Shown here in pieces: positions 40,621-54,027 of a stretch of 64,000 nucleotides of DNA. This stretch comes from Raillietiella orientalis (Eukaryota): positions 2,728,001-2,792,000 of the forward strand of contig JAYWIR010000028.1 in the NCBI GenBank assembly GCA_036172245.1. Reading direction: 5' to 3'. Under the pieces are notes generated by a model. That model ran no database searches. It was given only the letters and a program-made list of their open reading frames with translations, and was not told the origin of the DNA. Each line of letters begins with the position of its first letter. The first letter of the stretch is position 1. The position numbers and the translations under genes are program-made.

Positions 40621-43600
40621 ATGAATCAAATGTGTCCACTAATAAAAGCTAAAACTGAAAAAGCTGACAGGAAGGAAGAAGCATTAAAACTACCTCAAGG
40701 TTGGAGATTATGTTATTCACATAAGTATTCAAATAGACAGTACTTTTATAATTACATAACTAATGAATCTGTTTGGACGTATGAAGAGGTAGTCAGTCTT
40801 GATAGAAAATGGAGAAAATCAGAGAGGATGAAAGTAAGATTTTCTATTTGTGCCGTTTTTGTTAAGGAAGCTTGAAACATAAAATAAAAATTTTTTTATA
40901 ACGACTGATTTTCGATATTTCGGTTTTGATTTTTTGCTTTCAAATTACTTATTATAAATTGCAAGAATATTTTAAAAATGTGTTAATGCATTCATAGTTA
41001 ACTTTAAGATCTTTGCCTGCATTAGCATTTTAAGTATTCCTCAATGCCATTGGGAATGTGTATTTTTTCTTAAAATGTGTCTTATAAAATCCCCAATTTA
41101 CTTTTAACTTGAAAATGGTACTTGTTATACCGTTTGATAACATAGAAGTTTGTGAGATCTTATTTGCTGGCCATTTACATTTTACATTGGTACATGAAGA
41201 TATTTTATGTTGATGTAAGAGCTTTATCAGGATTACCTATCTGCAAATATTGAGGACTCTGGTGATGTGAATGCGTTTTAGTAAGCTCAGTGTTGTTTGT
41301 TTGACCAAAAGTCAGCATTCATCAAATGTAGAAGTCAATATTTTAAAGCATTTGCCTCTTCTCAAACAATTGTTATTTACAGTTGTTATGAACAAAACTG
41401 AAATTGGTTGTATGTGTGGTGTTGCATTCCATGTGCTTCCTCCTTTTTTTTTTTTGTATTTGATGCAAAAGAAAGTTGATTAATCAAATGTGTGAGCAAG
41501 TTTTTTAAAGTAATAATAATAATAATTTTCTGTGTGAGAAATCTTATCGATTCCTAAGCTGTATCCTTAAATGAAAGTATTCATGCATTCATTAAATTGC
41601 ATGCTTCTCAATAAGCATTCCATTATTCCTTATTCCACTTAAGTATTTGAAAAAAAATATTCGTTACCTATGCTTTAACATGAAATTAAATGTAAAGAAT
41701 GCAAACAAAAGTTGCATGCACATAATTGCAGAAACATGCTGAAGGAAGATCTTGTCATCATCACTCTGAGAAGAAACTCAAAAGACTGGAACATGTCAAC
41801 ACATCTTTAAATAAGAATCGAAAATGTATGCATTCTAAGCATTATGTGCAAGCATCTGTTTCAAGTATTACTAGTGAAGAAAGATCAGATTGTGCTAATG
41901 ATTGTAAAATTGGTTGTCATCTGATAGAGAACTCTGTTTATGCTCCAAGTGGTAGCCCCAGAAATGACAGAAAATTAAATTCCAATATCTTGTTTCATAA
42001 TTTTGTATCAGGTGGTGTCCCCAATTCAGGCCAAACTGACTCAAATGATTCTCATAAAGTAAATTGTTTTGCTCCCTTTTCTCCCAATCAAATGTTTTCA
42101 AACCTTACACCATGCAATTTATTGCAACAGTCTGATGCTAGCATAGGTAAACAAACCTGTTTGAGCTCAAGCAGCCAGGTAACTGGTAAAAGCAGTCCAA
42201 ATGAATCAGTGTGTTCTTGGCTAGAATCTTTACCTGAAGGGAATACATTAAACAGACTTTCTCATGATGAAAGTGTTGAGCAAATGGAATGGGAAGTCAG
42301 CCAAGAGGAAAGAGTTATTGTATCTGATGTGAGTAGTTTTATTGAAGACTGCTTGTCACATGTATATGTTATTAGATTCAGCAGTTACGCTGGCAAATTC
42401 AGAAGGGAATTGTTCAGGGTGATAATTCTGAGATTAAATCCAAAACTTGTACCATAGAAAATTGTGATCTTTTCATTGTGATTGATACAAATATATTTTT
42501 GACACATCTCAACTTAATAGACAAACTGAAAGACTGTGCTGTTGCAGGTGTGTAAATGTATAGGGATAATTCATTGACATGTTAATGTTGCTTTGAATAC
42601 AGGATTTGAAAATTGCTGTGTGATCATTCCATGGGTAGTGATACAGGAGTTAGATATACTGAAACGATCTCATTCTCAAAATTCAGAGCAAAAGACGTTA
42701 TCCAAAAAAGCACAACATGCCATCAGCTTTCTGCACACCAATTTTTCATCTGGCCATCCTCGTATAAGAGGTAAATTATGTTCTATTATTCAGGTGTCAT
42801 GAATTCATTTTTCAGGACAATCAGCTTTGGAATTATGTCAGTCTGAATCATTTCAACCCCAAAATAATGATGATTATATTTTACAGTGTTGTTTACAAAT
42901 GGCTTCTCGTGGCTCTACAGTTTTGCTGTCTAATGATAAGAATTTGTGTACAAAGGCAATGGTTCATGGCATCCGTGCTCTTACAAGAGATGGCATACAG
43001 AAGGAAATGAGACAGCTGCGCGTCAATAAGGTGTTTGATCCCTTATTTAGGCAAAAGCAAGAATCTGTATCAGATGAGGCTATTCAGCAAGTCCAAGAGT
43101 TCTCGTGTTCTCTTATGTATCTTTTGAAAGAGGTCCTTAGCCAGGTAAGTGCTGCTTGGAATCTTTGTACGTACATTAGGGTGTGGTAGACCATTCAGGT
43201 GGAGATGCAGTTGGCCTATGGTGAACTTTGGTTGCAAGTATTGAAAATCAAACAACCTTGGACATGCATACATACACTGAAATTGATAGATTTGCACTGG
43301 ATTGCAGTATTTGGTCTTATTTTGCCAAAGAAAACCAAGCTGATTTGCAGCATTTTGTTAGACGAGCTAAATAAGGGTTTTGGTTAGTTATGTAATTCAT
43401 GGTTTGGATAGTTAGATTGTTTTTAGATGACCAGGATGGTTTCAGACGTTTTAAGGAGGTTCTTCTTTGTACACAGGAACTCCTGCATTTATTAGAAAAA
43501 CGTTCTAATTACGATGGTGTATTGCAAGCAGGACAGCAGTCATTGAAATTATTACTCAGCAAATGCAATAATAAAAAGACAGCAGTTGATACTGCTTCCA

Positions 43601-44186
43601 AAAATGTAACACATTCTGGAAATATTACTGTTCAGAGTTTTTTAGAGATAATCTGGAAGTATATGTTGGATACATGGTAAACATACTCTGATAGAGGTGC
43701 ACTATAATTTATTCCGTCTCTAGCAACTGCATCTTTGGCAGTGTGAGCTGTGCTGGTCAAAACCAAACAGAAAATTGCTTTTCTATATCAAAATGCCTGG
43801 AGATACTTCCCCGTTTGTGTCGTGCATGCAGTAGTTTGAGTCTGTTGCTCTCCCAGTATGTTTGATCACACATTTGATAATTTGTTCATTATGTGCACAG
43901 GGTATTAAGTGCAGATCCCAGCCAGTTGTGTAGCAGTAGTCAGTTGATTGCTGAACTAACAGTAGCATTGCTTAATTTGTTGCCATCCATTGATGAAAAT
44001 TCAGATTATCACGACATATCTATTAATACTGAACAAGTTAGTCAGTTTTGCCTGGAACCCAATTCCAGAAATATGTTGCATAATGCTGTGCAACATCTTC
44101 GTATAATGAAGAATGAAATAGCATCCTGTTACAAGACTCTCAAGTCAGGTAAACAGAAGAATCATCAAGAATGCATAGTACACTGA
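40621..44186 (+). CDS. SWT1: Swt1-family RNA endoribonuclease (N-terminal WW domain and PIN domain), 9 coding exons, 776 aa
   Basis: Exons 40621-40833, 41732-42328, 42376-42547, 42603-42770, 42816-43144, 43199-43382, 43427-43676, 43724-43855 and 43901-44186 join in frame (2331 nt) with GT-AG introns. WW motif LPQGW..YFYNYITNESVW; PIN motifs IVIDTNIFLTHL, IPWVVIQELDILK, NNDDYILQCC, LLSNDKNLCTKA; C-terminal EMQLAYGELW..HWIAVFG. Confidence 0.9.
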
Positions 44187-45599
44187 TGAATTTCAACATT
44201 AACAAAAGTATCAAAGGTGCTTAGTGTCAGTTTAGTGTTCTATGTGTAGAGCACATCTGATCAGTTTTTGAAAGTTCAGGAGTGATAAGCATAGCATGCA
44301 AAAATTGTCTGAAGGAGATGACAAGCTTCATGATGCAATTTGACCCAAATGCACGAAAAGCAGGAGTTTTCATGAAAATCTGTCGACCGTTTGTAGACCA
44401 TTCTTCGTAATGTGTTAAGGTCTGGGTTTATTGCAACTCGCACTGTAATTCTGATTTCCCAAGACTTTGAGAGTTATGTATTTAGCAGCCACGGTTGTTC
44501 CTAAATTGCAAGTTCAAATTGAGAATTTGTTTGTATGAACAATTTTTCTATCAACTACTGGTACTTATTCAATAATGAAGATCAATAACATTGTTTGGTG
44601 CCAGTTTATGCAGAAAAAATTTTTTTGATTTTGTGATTGTAATCTTTTCAGGTTGTGAAGTATCAGTTGCATGGTTTGCTATAGATTTTTTGATGCTTAT
44701 AAATTTCTCGAAACACTTTTCCCCAGTTGAATAGCCTAATTCTACATTAAAATGTACTGTGTGAATGGCATAATTAGGTTATCGGTTACCTGTAACAAGG
44801 TTTTGTGCTATTATAGCATTACAGATTACTAGTTCAGGTACGTTTTTTGCAGGTTTATGCACTTGTGAGATCAGAATTATGATAGAAATGGTGCTTTGCA
44901 GTTAGTACAGTAAATGACACTCAAAGTTTATTAACTTTAGCTGTTTTGGAAAATGTTTTACAAGCAGTATGTATAATCGCAATTTTGAAATACGTGATAA
45001 TTAACGCGAATGTAATTCGTGCCTTTATCGTAAAAAAACAAAAAACAAAAACAAAAAAAGAGAGGCCTACTTAACACATTTTCCAAATCAATTTGCAAAA
45101 ATAAATCACATTTGTTTATTATGAATAAATCAATTTTCTTGTGACAGCTGTGCTGCAAATTTTTGAATTTTGAATTGGGAAAGTATAGCCTGTATTTTTG
45201 TTCGATCACTGCAAGATTGACTCAGGTATGGCAAAGACCAGCATAATTCGTTAAGCATACACAACAAATTCGTACGAATTTACGTGCTCCCAATTATATA
45301 GTTAACGCGGTTCGATTTTTAAAAGCAGCTTAGGTCAGCCGGGTGCTCATTGGGTTTTTTCGTGGGTTCGATCCTGGGGCGGCCGGGTCAAGATTTCCAA
45401 TGCAGGTCATTTGGATTTCTGCCAGGGATCCATGCTTCAGCTTTGTAAAGTATGTGCCTTATTTCAAAGAAGGTTCTCATGCAAATGTAAGGTAACGTAC
45501 AGTTTACATCGAGACCATTTGGGGGGAGTTGGAGGTCGGCTGTTCTAAAGATCTATCATCTAAAGACAAGGAATCAATTTGCCGATGCACGTATAAAGG

Positions 45600-46370
45600 G
45601 AAGAGGGCAATGCACATGAAGTTTTGATACGGTGTTGGAATCAGTATTAAAGGTGACTTGGTGTATCTCTTAAGAGCGGCAGTCAGTTTGCCGTCAAAAG
45701 AATAAAGACGTGGAAATAATGGTTGTGGATTTATCTCTTGACCTGGAGATTTTATCAAGTTTACAAACAACATTGCTTCCTTGCTCATCCGACGAGTCTT
45801 TGATCCCACACTCATTTTACTGCCTTCGCCCAAATATTAATAAATCATTCTGGAAATCTTGAGATTCGCCCGGGTGTAATTCCCATCCCGTTTGTCAGAA
45901 ACTGCAAAGGTCAATGAGCTTGCAGAGCTGGACCCATCACTTGCAGGTAAGCATATCTCACGCTACTTTGAAACAAATAAAGGCGAACGTGTGTGTTGTG
46001 AGTTCTGTCCATTGATTTGGTGGTCTGCAATGTCGTCTAAATAGAGTTGACGCTGCGAGGCATTTGTATTTCAAAACATCAGGATTCCTCGTGTTTATTT
46101 AATACCAACTCCCACTATGGAGCGAATCCCTACCTTGTCGAAGGGGCCCCAGGCCCTATCGCATTCACCAAAGAAGTGCACGCCTTCACTTCTCCATGTA
46201 GCAGCGTACATCCCTCGTTCACAATCTCTTGTCTAGAGAGATTCAAGAGGCTGCTTGGCCATGTTCAGTGTTTGCTTATACTCTTTTTAATTTGGCATGT
46301 ACTTGTACAAGCGGCTTAAATTGGCGATCACAGAAATATCACCATCCACACCAAACATGGGGAGTTTTCA
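45600..46370 (-). pseudogene. Putative endogenous viral element resembling a Mononegavirales-type nucleoprotein
   Basis: Intronless, stop- and frameshift-ridden frame: ..VRYAYLQVM..LQFLTNGM/YTRANLKISRMIY*YLGEG..MLFVNLIKSPGQEINPQPLFPRLYSF..AALKRY. The spacing recalls the C-terminal core of borna/nyami/xinmo/paramyxo-like N proteins. Pattern-level only. Confidence 0.4.
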
Positions 46371-47329
46371 AATGAATGATTTCCACGCGGAGATTGCTCT
46401 TTGAGGGAGGGGGGGGGGAGTAGCAGGATTGTGGGCATTCTAACGGGAAATACCCTATGAAAGAACCAAGATACATAAGAAGCTTCTAAACAGTAATCCA
46501 GTGAGCCTCTCGCACAGTTTATTCTATAAGCTTGTTCCTCCGGGTCCAAGTACAAGGCATTCGGAAAGTTCCTATACCGATTCTGAACATTTTGATTTAG
46601 ACCATAGCAATCTACTGGACCACGAGTGTTTCCGGTAGAATATCATCATCAGAAATAGATATTTCCATCGATATTCTCTGTTTTCAGTCAACTCCAACTT
46701 AAGTCACTGTAACATGGTGTAAGTTTCGCTGTTATGTTTAATCCAGAGTTTATTTTCAGCTTCTTAGTATTTTTCCTTTTTGTCAGGAACTTCATTGTGC
46801 ATAAGTAGTTACTTCTTACTGTTCTATCAAAATGCAGTTAGACAAAACTAATCATTGGAAAATCTAACATCATGTACGAACGGAAAAACTTCCTCACTGT
46901 GGGTGGATAAAAAATCATTTTTCAATGCAAACGTGGCACTTGGACAATATTCTCTTGAAGTTCACCCTTCCGTGAATTACTGTGCAAACTGAACATTAAT
47001 CTTCCACCCGGGTAAGCCGGGGATTTTATTATTAAAAAACATTTTTACAATTATTAATTGCTGCGGTCTGTATTTGTGTTCTTGTCAGAACACATTGTTC
47101 TTATTGTCTTATGCACTTGTCCTTTCCGACTTGTATGCCGGTAAGGTCTTCTCCACTGGCGAAGGGGACGGGAAAAAGAAAAAAACGCTTGAAGGACAAT
47201 GTTTATGGGGAGGGGAGGGAAGGGAAGGGATCACTGTTCGCCGAGGGGAGGCCTCTGCATCTGGTTCCGGATGCGAACAAGTGCTGGCAGAATTTTACTC
47301 AGCCGGCGCCAACGGGAAGCCTTCTCCAT

Positions 47330-47620
47330 GGAGATGACCGCCCAGTGGATGGCACTCCGACTACTGCAGCCTCTTATCGACGCGTTCCACTTGTCCAATA
47401 TTCCCCGTATGCAGCAGAGAACTGCAACACACGCGGCACCTGGCAGGCGTCCGGAGGCGGCGAAAAATGTTTTCAGGGTCGCCCACCGGCACGTTTAGGG
47501 CCGACGAGAGTCGATCCCACGTGCGGCGGAGAGCAGCACTTTCGATTAGTAAGTGGGGGAAGGTCTCCCTTTCCCCGCACTCTGCACAGTGGGCATCCAG
47601 TATCCCCAATGTCCAGTGAG
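47330..47620 (-). mobile_element. L1/Tx1-type ORF2 C-terminal zinc-knuckle (zf-RVT) fragment
   Basis: DAHCAECGERETFPHLLIESAALRRTWDRL matches C..C...ET..HL...C......W. Confidence 0.6.
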
Positions 47621-49294
47621 ACAGGCGTGCTCTGCTTAAAAGTCCCCAATGCATTGTGTGAAAACTTGTTAAAACCAGTAGTGCTTCTCATGCATACTCA
47701 GAAAAACGGAAAGGGTACTGGAGTGTTCATTCTTGTGGCTTCAGCCATACCAAAAAAAATCTTTCCGCACATTTGTGCTTTACATATCTTTCTGAGTCAA
47801 CGGCCATGGGTCTTGAAGTGAAAGCCCAATCCCATATTTTGAAAATACTGAATGCATAATTAAACATGCAGATCCACAGATGCTTACAGATGTCTGCATC
47901 CGGACAGTCGGCTATTGCAGTCCATCTATGGTGCATAGCAACCTTCGCATAATGTAATTTTGTTTTTGTTTTTTTTTCTTTTCCATATGAATATCTAGGA
48001 TTTCCTCAGCAAAACGTTCCCAAAGTTTCATGATGATTCCAGTCAAAGAATTCAGTTTTTCGTTGTTTCCTCATGAGTTTCAAATCTATTCATTCTTCTT
48101 AGCATTCGATGTATTCTTTGTGGGACGTTGGTGTAAAAAATCCATGGCATAATCCGTTCAGGTATCAGAAAAGCAACACCATCCCCAAGTGGAATGAAAA
48201 CTTTTCGAAAATCCTCAAAATTCTACCGGAAATTATTTTTTTGCGGTATAACTCTTTTTGGGTGCTGTAAAATGGCATTTAAGTATTTCCTTGATGCTTG
48301 CCCTAAATCCATTCGCTCGTGCAAGAGAACTGGAAAATAAGTTTTCTGCTGATGCTGATCCGATCGGGCTGCATTACTTCTTGTTCACAATACTTGTTCA
48401 TCCTTTGGAACATTGGCCGAGAGATCAGCTCAAGCCCTTCTGTGTCACCTGGAGGGTATTTCTTGACTCAATCCTTTGGAACATTTTCTTGCTGGCTGCA
48501 ACGACTGCTGGACGAAAACGAAGACAAGGCGGTTGTGTCAGAAAAAGCTCCTCGCGTGTCGATAAATTCGACTGCTGTCCGACCTGAAGCTTCATGATGC
48601 TTTTTTCTTTTTTTCTTATCCATTCTCGACTGCTAGCAGAGACAGTATAACACACACGCACACACCAAAAAAAGGGTTGGCTTAGGTTCTCAGAATAAAA
48701 TTTTCTTATTTTGAAATTACATGTCGAATAAGCACATTGATTTTCCAAGTTGGATGACTTTCCTAATTTCCAATCTGCACTGCGAGCTTTTAAAGAGCAG
48801 ACTTTCGAATTTCCGTGAGCAGATTCATCAGTGTGAAGAGGCTACCGCGGTGTTCCAGGGTCGCCATGATATGATTTTTGAATCTCGTCATTACCTTATT
48901 GACAAGCATAACAAACTCCATTCGATTCTCGACACTCATCATCTTCATGCTTTTGCTAAGGTCGTGAGCTCCGATCCGTTTTGAACCGATGCTTTAGGAA
49001 GATTGGAAATCTTTCGTTGCAGATGACACGTCCGGTGAATGGGACGATTTCGTGCTCCGTGCGTTTGCCGCGAAGTGTTGGCCGTCGCTGTTGGCAGTGC
49101 ACGACTTCTGGGATTCTCGCAGACATCCGAAATTGCAGAATTAACTTTCCGGTTACTAATTTTGCCTCATAATTAGGCTTTTTCCCTCTCCTCCCCTCGT
49201 TCTTTCCCCCTTTTTTTTTTTCAATGTTAAGGGTGTCCAATTCTGCAAGTTGGCCTTTTTTTTTTCCAGCTTGTGCCGTGCAAGCTCGGAAAGC

Positions 49295-50970
49295 ATGAGA
49301 GTGTTTACTGTCAAAGCTCCCATCAATATAGCCATCATTAAGTATTGTAAGTCTGTAGTTTTAGTATATCGTTTAATCCTGATTTATTTTATATGTGACC
49401 AGGGGGTAAACGTGACGAGAATTTAATCCTTCCGTTGAATGATTCGGTCAGCATCACCCTCGATCTGAAAGATGTAAGCGTAAAATGATAGTCTTTGTAG
49501 AGATTTATTTAGCCTTCCAATTGCCATATGTGCTTTCGATGTAACGACTAATTAATTCGAAATTTGTTTACCCTTTTTTTTTTTTTTTTTTATATATAAA
49601 AAAAAAAATCAGTATTTTGCATGCACTACCGTCGCAGCATCTGATAGCTTCACTGAAGATAAGCTTTGGTTGAATGGAAAGTAGGTAGTTGTAATAATTT
49701 GTGTTAAGGATGGTGATGTTTTATTTTAGAGAAGAACCCTTAAGTGTTCGAATTCAAAACTGCTTGACCCAAAGTAATTTTGATTTAAAATTAATTTATT
49801 TTGTTAACAAGGATCTGTAGTACGTAAAGGTGCAGCAGATGATTGTGAACCTACCTGCATTCACATATGTTCGTACAATACTTTTCCTACAGGATCTGGA
49901 TTAGCGTCTTCAGCGGCAGGATTCGCAGCATTAGGTAAGGAGACATTGAAGGTTTTAGTCTTAAGTTTGGTTAGTCTTTGCAGCATGCAGGCTTTTCAAA
50001 ATAGACGATGGTATTTCATCTATAGCCAGACTAGGATCAGGAAGTGCTTGTCGGAGTTTGCAGGGGGGCTTTGTTCAGTGGGTGAAAGGTGTTGAAAAGG
50101 ATGGCTCAGATTCTGTATCACTTCAACTATTTCCTCCTGGTCATTGGCCAGAGTTAAGAATTCTTGTTCTTCTGGTATGATCTCCCAAGCTGCTTTCTCT
50201 GTTTTTCATCACTGGTGTTCAGGTTTCTGATAAACAAAAGAAAGTAAGTAGTACTTTAGCAATGCGAAGGAGCGTGGATACTAGTTTTTTCTTACATCAA
50301 CGTGTAGAAAAAATTCCTCAGAAGATAGATTTGCTGATACAGGTAATCCAGCTATCTTTCATTCCATCCACATCCTTTTGAATTTCTTACATATAAGGCT
50401 GTAAAAAGCAAAGATTTTCCAACATTTGGGAAGTTGGTGATGCAGGATAGCAATCAGCTACATGCTGTCTGTTTGGATACTTATCCACCTTGTACCTATT
50501 TGACTGATGTCTCACATGCTATAATTCACATGGTGCATGCTTACAATGAGTGGAAGAACCAGCTAAAAGTATTTTGCTATTTTGTATGCATGGTATTATG
50601 TTTTCTCAGTTGGCTTACACTTTTGATGCAGGCCCAAATGCCTTTTTGTTTGTTGAAGAAAAAGATTTACTAGAAGTGGCTTCTGTGATCAGGCAGTGCT
50701 TTCCACCAGACTCTGAAAGAAAATACTTTCATGGCATCCTGGAAGATGCCATGGTGCCAACCGATAAAGTATGAAAATATTTCCAGCATGAAATCTCAGC
50801 TCTGTTCTTAGAATGCACTGATACCTGACAGTTTTGCTCTGCAGCCTCACAATGATGGTGTAAAGAGCATCTTAGTTACCAAAGTTGGTGGTGGAGCTGT
50901 GAGTGTGGATGCTAAAGATGGGCACCTGTTGGATGCAGATGGATGGCCTATCAAAATATGCACCGAATGA
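49295..50970 (+). CDS. MVD: Diphosphomevalonate decarboxylase, 10 coding exons, 385 aa
   Basis: Exons 49295-49346, 49403-49473, 49613-49680, 49730-49773, 49821-49934, 49975-50174, 50223-50342, 50398-50568, 50610-50768 and 50812-50970 join in frame (1158 nt). Motifs APINIAIIKYWGKRD, LPLNDSVSITL, FPTGSGLASSAAG, ARLGSGSACRS, DSNQLHAVCLDTYPP, AYTFDAGPNA. Confidence 0.96.
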
Positions 50971-53619
50971 TCTTATAAATGTGATATGATTTCAAGGAAT
51001 AGCACCATATTCAACTGGTTGACATAGCAGTGACTTCACAACTTTGGGGCTTTCCAAAACATCTTGTTGCCTGCTCACATAGGAACTTTAATCACATGAA
51101 AGTTCTTTTATAATGTGCAGTTAATCTTACTTGCATGTTGGCTGGAGGGAAAACTACGATGATTTTTGGATTTTTCTATTCCAATTGCATTTATAGTGCC
51201 TTGCCTATTAATATGGTTAAATGATTGGTTTTGTTTATGACAGCTTAAACATAATTGAAATTTTCTCACCAAATGTTTGAGTGAACTCGCAGCTGTTGAG
51301 TATATACCGTTTTCCTTTTGATAATTTTGATTTTAATCAAAATTATCATTTAAGCATGTATGCAGTTTATTTGAGAGCAACTTTGATTTTGCGCCCAGAA
51401 AAAAAATCAGCCACGAGCACATAAGTATTGTACAAAAGTATAATCCCATTATATTCAATGTCAGCTGACACATCATCAGAGATGTTTAAAAGATGAATCA
51501 TATGCGTGATTCTCCACCGAAAAAACTTGATGCACTCATCAGGCGAGATTCAGAGTGGTTGAGGCAATCGTTTTCTTTTTGAGGTCTTTGAAATGGTCAC
51601 GTGGAACGCAAAGATATGTTCGCAGACCCCTAATGCAAATGAGAGTTGGAGGACCTTTCAAGAAGATAAAATTCAGATCCCTTTTTGGGAGTGTTGCAGC
51701 GCCTTAAGTTTCTTCTTACAAAATAAGTGATTTCAAGCCAAGGTGTGAATGCATTAAAGAAAAGCATGGGAAAACAGTAATGCACAGCACACACTTTGAA
51801 GTCATTTGGTGTGGACGAAAACGGTGCCTCTAATTCGAATTTGTAGTTGAAGGCCATCTAAATCCAAATTCTCAAAGCTGTTTCGACTTTGCCGATGTGG
51901 GATGTTCGAAACACCATTCGGGGGATTCAGGCTTTAGAGGAACGGCGTGAACTTTTGGTGTAAACCACCGATGTCCACAGCCACCGATTCCTGCAGTACG
52001 TCCAAGTAGGAACATCATCTGAAGGAATGACTGCAAGAATGAAGTCATTCTTGCAGTCGTTTAAGCTGGTCATTAGTCTCTCAGACCTTTTTTGCCACTG
52101 ACCACCCCCTAGTTGCTTACGTTTGCAATTAAATTTTCGGGGAAAAAAAATAAATGCACAACTGTGGGAGGATGCAATCAAAATAGTGCTTTGAAATGCA
52201 TGTTTTCCACACATTTGCTTACAAAGTGATGATAATGCCTTCGGATAATAATCGTTCTGAGGAGAGGGGCGGTCGCTCATCTCTCTTATTTTCAGATCTA
52301 ATTTTTTTTCCCCTTTTTACAAAAGCGGTACATAACTGTGATCACTTCTTGACGAATAAACCAGGCACAGGTTTGGAAAATAGCTGATGTGGACGTAGGG
52401 CCAGGCACTCGTTGCTCTCTAGCCATAGCTGAGTTTGAACTGCTGGAATGAGAGGGGTCAGGTTGAATTCTCCAGGTGGTCGTCGTCGACCTGTCGTAAA
52501 CAAAGGGGATTTCGTGTTTGCAGGATTCCGCCGCCACCCTGGTTGACATCGGGGGTGGGTGGGGGGGGGGGTTGAATTCATCCGGTGAGATCGGGGAAGA
52601 GTGGCTTCACCCAAGCGAGAACCGGGATCGAAAATCCCTGAAGAAACGGTGACTCGTAAACGTTCGATCAACGACGACCAGTGGTTTTTTATTGTACGGC
52701 GGTTCTCCTGGGCGGTGTATCATAACGCATCTTTCTTGCAATCAGTCTGTTATGGGAAGTTTACGAGTTTTTTTTTTCGAAAAAGCGGAAGCGAGGTGTG
52801 CGAGGAGAAAGTCCAAAAAACACGTGTCGGAACAACGTTCTGCTCGCGTGGACAGTGGACTGTGGAACAGGAATGTGATTTCTTCGATTTGCTGGAAAAA
52901 AGTGAGACACTTCCTGGATGGTGGACATCCACTTGCCATTCGTACGGTTATGGGGGGCCGACGTATTATCCTTGACGTGCATTCACAGAACATCGACCAC
53001 ATCGGGCATTCCAATGAAATGGGGCCACCAACGCCATATTAAACTGTTGCATCCCGAGAACCCTTCGCCCCTGAATTGCTTTGGGTTCGTTCCTGTGTGC
53101 CCGAGAAAATGCTCAGCAAATGTGTCTGGAGGAGCCCATTCGCTCCCGCGTTGTATACCGAGGAAGGTACTCGGGCTGGAGTTTCACTTTGTTGTACATT
53201 GTATCACATTCCGGGTCGCTGTCAGTAAATGAAAGTCCGGAAAAAAAAAAAAAAAAAATCTCCTCGTGCGAAGCACTTGAAAGTGCTTCCCTACCACGTT
53301 AGCTGTGGTTCGGTGTTTCGAAAAAGTTTGCCACCCCGAGAATGACACGAAAATAAATTGGCACCAACGTGAGATGATTATTTATCCGGGATGCGGGCCT
53401 CGGCCAGGGATGATGTGAATACGTTTTGAAAAGAACACGCAGTAAAAGGGAAGAAAAGAAAAGAAAGTGAAGAATGGAGTGAATGCCATTCTCTGAAAGG
53501 CTTCTATATGAGTCAATAGCCAAATATCTGGTCTGTCTGGTGTTTTTTTTTTTTTTTTTTTTGAGAACATACATTTTTATTACGTCATTTGAAGAAATGT
53601 TTCCCTTTGCAAAGGGGAC

Positions 53620-54027
53620 TTTGTAAAATGAACGTATTTACATTATTAATGAACGTGTAGTAGCAGGTTATAGTTCTTCCGAAGTCTCATTTCTGACTAT
53701 AAGGATTATGTCCAGGATAGAAGGAGGGTCCAGTTGATGTTATGGTCCACTGAGGAGACGGATGAACGGTTGCAGGGTGGCTGAACTTGCGAAACTCTCA
53801 CCGATCGGGGTGTTGATCTCTCTCCATGGGGGATATGGAACCGGGGGGGGGGGGAAGTTCTTTTTGGGAAAAAAGGGGATGAAGACGCATCAGGGTTAGG
53901 GGGCATGGTGGAGGGGGTATAAGGAATGGGGGAGATGCGATCCGTATGTACATCTCTTGAGAATCTTATTGCCTGAGTCACCATCGCTGCAGCGAGGGAT
54001 TTAATGCTAATCTGTAGGGTGAACACG
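53620..54027 (-). mobile_element. Extremely 5'-truncated Utopia-like element (last codons plus 3' UTR)
   Basis: Directly after the U2 fragment the frame reads LQISIKSLAAAMVTQAIRFSRDV, the same C-terminal motif as the RLE elements at about 3.1 kb (MVATCIRFSSSIY) and 29.0 kb (MVSSVIRCSR). The 3' boundary is approximate. Confidence 0.6.

Noticed and set aside
45330..45385. GGTTCGATCC B-box suggesting a tRNA
   Set aside because: No A-box and no cloverleaf; at most a SINE remnant.
47860..47940. SWIM-like CPD..ICKHL motif (minus strand)
   Set aside because: Too short to assign to a Mutator-like transposase without a search.
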